64,000 nt of DNA from Blastocatellia bacterium (GTDB taxonomy: Bacteria; Acidobacteriota; Blastocatellia; UBA7656). The notes below the pieces were generated by a model. It was not told the DNA's origin. It saw only the letters and a list, made by a program, of their open reading frames with translations, and did no database searches. The stretch lies in NCBI GenBank assembly GCA_963765495.1, contig CAVXWP010000005.1, positions 64,001 to 128,000 on the forward strand, given 5' to 3'. Positions 60,369 to 64,000 of the stretch are shown one piece after another. The first letter of the stretch is position 1; every line of letters begins with the position of its first letter. The position numbers and the translations under genes are program-made.

Positions 60369-60574
60369 CCGCGATGCATTCCATTCACACTCATTTGTAC
60401 CAATCTCTTGCGGAGTGATTTAGGTCTTATTTCCCATTGTGCAGGCAGGCGAAAGTTTATTCTTTGTGCCCACATTTCCTCCGTGTTATTCTGTGCCTGA
60501 CAACCTGCCCCTTTTTCTCACTCAATTTAATCCAACATCATTGTTGTAATTCATCTGTGGGGGGATAAATCTCC

Positions 60575-63364
60575 ATGCACAAGAACTGCCTTCGCTTCTC
60601 GAAGCCGGCCCTTGCGGTCCTCTTCGCTTTGCTTACGCTCTGCACCTCGATACGAGCCGACCAGCCTGCAACGTGGATTTCCAGAGGGCCGGGCGGGGGC
60701 GGCGCGCTGTTTGCCCCGAGTTTTAGTCCGCATAACCCGAGCGAGCTTTACATAGCCTGTGACCTCGGGGGCTTTTATCGCTCCACGAATCTCGGCGCTT
60801 CATGGAAGGTTCTGGATTTCCACCAGATTCAGGGGAATCGAAACGCGCAGGTCCAGTTCACTAATAATCCTCTGGTGTGCTACTCACTCGATTACACAAA
60901 CACGGACGGGAGCGACCCCGTAACGCCTTCCAAAAGCACCGACGGCGGATTGACGTGGAAGCGGCTTATAAACGACCCGACTTTCGGAGGAGCCTACACC
61001 CTGTTTGCCGATCCCGCCAATGAGAACAACCTGATAGTTTCCGATTACTCTCACCTCTATTTTTCAAGCAATGGAGGCGCGAGTTTCGGTTTGAAATTTA
61101 CGGCCTCGGGAGGCAACGGGTGTCACGTCGCGGGGGCCTTTTTTGACGGCGCTTCAATTTACGCAGGCACAAACGCGGGGCTGCTCGTCTCGACCAACAG
61201 CGGCAGCACGTTTGCCCTGTCATCGGCAGGCGGAATTGCGTCCACTCAAGCCATGTACTCGTTTGCCGGAGCGCGGCAGGGCGCTACCGTACGCCTCTTT
61301 TGCATAACGCTCGACACATCGGATGTCTATCCGGGGCTATTGATCGAAGGCGCTTATTCCAGCTATAAGAGCGTCTATTCGATTGATGTGGGGCAGGCAA
61401 ACTGGACCGCGCGAGTGACGGGCATTGCCGCAAACAATTACCCTGTCTTTGTAAGCCTCGCCGCTAACAACATCTCGACAGTGTACGTGGCCGGGCAGGA
61501 TTCAAACGAGTTCCCCGTAATCTATAAGTCAACCAATGGAGGCGCGAACTGGCAGAGTGTTCTTTTGACGACAAACAATCAGAACATAATCACGGGGTGG
61601 GACGGGCACGGCGGGGACCGGGGCTGGACCTACGGCGCGGGCGCATTGGGATTTGCGGTCGCCGTAAACGATTCGAATAAAGCCGCGTTCACAGACCTGG
61701 GCTTTTCGCATATCACCACGGACGGGGGCGCGACCTGGAGACAGATGTATGTTGATCCGGCCGATCAAAATCCCATGAATGCGGCGACTCCGAAAAACAA
61801 GAGCTATCACGGCATAGGGCTTGAAGACACCTCCTGCTGGTGGATGACGTGGGCCGATTCCGATAATATCTTCGCCTCTTATACCGATATTCGCGGAACC
61901 AGAAGCACGGACGGGGGCAGTTCGTGGTCATTCAATTACACGGGCCAGCCTTTAAACTCGACCTATCAATCCCTCAGGCATCCATCGAATGGAAATCTGT
62001 ATGTGGCTACCTCGTCTGTGCACGATATGTATCAAAGCACATACCTGACCGACGCCAGAATAGATGGGGGGAGCGGCGCTATAAAATACTCAAGCGACAA
62101 GGGCGCAACGTGGCTGACTCTTCACGATTTCGGCCATCCCGTCATCTGCCTTGCAATTGACCCGAACAATACAAATCGAATGTACGCAAGCGTTATTCAC
62201 AGCACGCAGGGAGGCATATACGTTTCGAGCAATATTCAAAACGGCGCGGCCTCTACGTGGACAAAGCTTACAAATCCGCCGAGGACCGAAGGCCACCCTT
62301 TCAACATTCAGGTACTCAATGACGGGACGCTCGTCTGCACCTATTCGGGCAGAAGAAACTCTGCCGGAACCTTCACGGCAAGCTCGGGCGTTTTCACAAG
62401 CACAAACGGCGGGAGCAGCTGGACCGACCGCAGCGCCTCCGGGATGCTTTACTGGACCAGAGACATTGTCGTTGACCCGCACGACGCATCGCAAAGCACG
62501 TGGTACGTAGCCGTATTCAGCGGATGGGGCGGCCCTCCGAACGGGCTTGGCGGGCTGTATAAAACGACCAATCGAGGCGTTTCGTGGACGCGGATCAACA
62601 GCCTTGATAGAGTCGCCTCCTGTGCCATCAATCCTATGGACCCGGCCGAGATGTATCTGACCACCGAAGAGAACGGATTGTGGTATACCAGTAATTTGAC
62701 GGCCGTCGCGCCTGATTTCACGTCCGTGACCTCATATCCTTTCCGCCAGCCCGAACGAGTCTTTTACAATCCCTACAACGCAAATGAAATCTGGGTAACG
62801 AGCTTTGGATACGGAATATGCGTAGGGACGGTCGCCACTTGCGATTTTTCGCTCACCCCGACCTCTAACTTCTTTCCTGAAAGCGGAGGCGTTGGAAGCC
62901 TGATGATACAAGCGCCGTCGGGTTGCAACTGGACGGCAGCGAGTGACAGCAACTGGCTTACGATTACATCCACGGCAAGTGGAAGCGGGAACGGTTCTGT
63001 GAGCTACGCGGTGGCGCAGAATATGACGGGCATCTCGCGCAAGGCTATGTTAACCGTCGGCGGGCAGATCTGCGTTGTGGTCCAGGACGGCGGTGCGAGC
63101 AGCGGTTGCCGGTATTCGATCTTTGCATCATACGGGACGTTCTCCGCAGGTGGCGGCGGAGCAAACCTGAACGTCAAGACAGAAAGCCGTTGCGCGTGGA
63201 TGGTTCAGAGCAATGCCGCCTGGATAGTAATCACAACCGACGGCATAAATATCGGTAACGGCACGGTGAGCTTTACGGTGATGCCAAACACCAGCGGGGC
63301 AAGCCGAACAGGGACGATCACAATTGCGGGAAGGACATTCATGGTGAGACAAAAACGCGGCTAA
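60575..63364 (+). CDS. Secreted BNR/Asp-box double beta-propeller (GH74/sortilin-like) with two BACON domains
   Basis: Many S.DGG.TW Asp-boxes; GPGGGG...ACDLGG; C-terminal C.W.A.S...W.TI....G.GNG.V.Y.V..N.....R repeats. Confidence 0.82.
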   Translation: MHKNCLRFSKPALAVLFALLTLCTSIRADQPATWISRGPGGGGALFAPSFSPHNPSELYIACDLGGFYRSTNLGASWKVLDFHQIQGNRNAQVQFTNNPLVCYSLDYTNTDGSDPVTPSKSTDGGLTWKRLINDPTFGGAYTLFADPANENNLIVSDYSHLYFSSNGGASFGLKFTASGGNGCHVAGAFFDGASIYAGTNAGLLVSTNSGSTFALSSAGGIASTQAMYSFAGARQGATVRLFCITLDTSDVYPGLLIEGAYSSYKSVYSIDVGQANWTARVTGIAANNYPVFVSLAANNISTVYVAGQDSNEFPVIYKSTNGGANWQSVLLTTNNQNIITGWDGHGGDRGWTYGAGALGFAVAVNDSNKAAFTDLGFSHITTDGGATWRQMYVDPADQNPMNAATPKNKSYHGIGLEDTSCWWMTWADSDNIFASYTDIRGTRSTDGGSSWSFNYTGQPLNSTYQSLRHPSNGNLYVATSSVHDMYQSTYLTDARIDGGSGAIKYSSDKGATWLTLHDFGHPVICLAIDPNNTNRMYASVIHSTQGGIYVSSNIQNGAASTWTKLTNPPRTEGHPFNIQVLNDGTLVCTYSGRRNSAGTFTASSGVFTSTNGGSSWTDRSASGMLYWTRDIVVDPHDASQSTWYVAVFSGWGGPPNGLGGLYKTTNRGVSWTRINSLDRVASCAINPMDPAEMYLTTEENGLWYTSNLTAVAPDFTSVTSYPFRQPERVFYNPYNANEIWVTSFGYGICVGTVATCDFSLTPTSNFFPESGGVGSLMIQAPSGCNWTAASDSNWLTITSTASGSGNGSVSYAVAQNMTGISRKAMLTVGGQICVVVQDGGASSGCRYSIFASYGTFSAGGGGANLNVKTESRCAWMVQSNAAWIVITTDGINIGNGTVSFTVMPNTSGASRTGTITIAGRTFMVRQKRG

Positions 63365-63377
63365 AGGCCAAAAGAGT

Positions 63378-63444
63378 TTGACAGGAGTAACAGGAATAAC
63401 AGGATTTCAAAATAACAGGAGAAATCCTGTTATTCCCGTCTAAA
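63378..63444. repeat. Nonamer inverted repeat (ACAGGANTA)
   Basis: GACAGGAGTAACAGGAATAACAGGATTT ... AAATCCTGTTATTCCCGTC. Confidence 0.75.
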
Positions 63445-63465
63445 AATCCGGGCATCTCTTCCCGT

Positions 63466-64000
63466 TCACCATTCGGCTTCTGTGGCGGCGCTCAACTGCG
63501 CGGGGCGGTCTCTGAACTGTATGTCGTAAAGCTGTTTGTAGAGGCCGCCTGCCGCAAGCAATTCTTCGTGCGTGCCTTCTTCGACTATGCGACCCTGGTT
63601 GAGCACGACTATGCGGTCGGCGCGGCGCACGGTCGAAAGGCGATGCGCTATGACAAACGTAGTCCGGCCCTGCATAAGGGTTTCAAGCGCATCCTGAACC
63701 AGCCGTTCCGATTCCGAGTCAAGCGAGCTTGTAGCTTCATCCAGAATGAGTATCGCGGGATTCTTCAGCAGCGCGCGGGCAATGGCTACGCGCTGGCGCT
63801 GACCGCCGGAGAGTTTTACGCCTCGCTCGCCCACGACCGTGTCGTAGCCCGCCGGGAAGTCTGTGATAAATTCGTGAGCGTGCGCGGCACGGGCCGCCCG
63901 CTCAATTTCCGCCTCCGTCGAATCGAGACGGCCATAAGCTATGTTCTCGCGTATCGTACCGCCAAACAAAGTGGTCTCTTGCGGAACTACGCCGATGGCC
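63466..64000 (-). CDS. ABC exporter ATP-binding domain (MsbA-like), 5' part outside the window
   Basis: [42 protein letters not shown]. Confidence 0.9.
   Translation of the reverse strand, partial: AIGVVPQETTLFGGTIRENIAYGRLDSTEAEIERAARAAHAHEFITDFPAGYDTVVGERGVKLSGGQRQRVAIARALLKNPAILILDEATSSLDSESERLVQDALETLMQGRTTFVIAHRLSTVRRADRIVVLNQGRIVEEGTHEELLAAGGLYKQLYDIQFRDRPAQLSAATEAEW

Noticed and set aside
1-64000. tRNA, rRNA, transposase, integrase or prophage genes
   Set aside because: No T-loop/cloverleaf, rRNA-like segment or recombinase motif recognised by eye; a covariance-model scan would be needed to exclude small RNAs

Overview
64 kb of bacterial chromosome. Gene content and protein style suggest Acidobacteriota, probably Blastocatellia-like (inference, no search run). 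The left end holds a secreted polymorphic-toxin locus: a partial Ig-like gene, a polyglycine-rich exported protein, a 2428-aa NHL/IPT/YD-RHS protein with a membrane plus HNH-like tip, and an Imm33-like immunity gene. The rest is housekeeping and metabolism: smc with three large in-frame insertions, DPP IV, a di-haem DUF1111 protein, a PflX-like radical SAM, carB, a PTE lactonase plus acyl-CoA ligase, an M49 peptidase, a cytochrome c-PQQ dehydrogenase, an ECF sigma/VOC pair, a CPA2 antiporter, tkt, an AKR, a MetE-like protein plus hybrid kinase, a MacAB-like ABC exporter and a GH74-like/BACON protein. I found no rRNA, tRNA, CRISPR array or transposase. Best candidates for undescribed biology: (1) a probably leaderless, signal-bearing RAPP arrest-peptide leader ahead of two microproteins and a CPA2 antiporter; (2) a divergent MetE-like protein translationally coupled to a PAS-PAS hybrid kinase; (3) the Sec-type teneurin-like RHS locus; (4) a dense family of 7/8/9-mer tandem inverted repeats that overlap stop codons and sit in frame inside smc; (5) an ECF sigma partner with an internal restart. 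All family calls come from reading motifs by eye.
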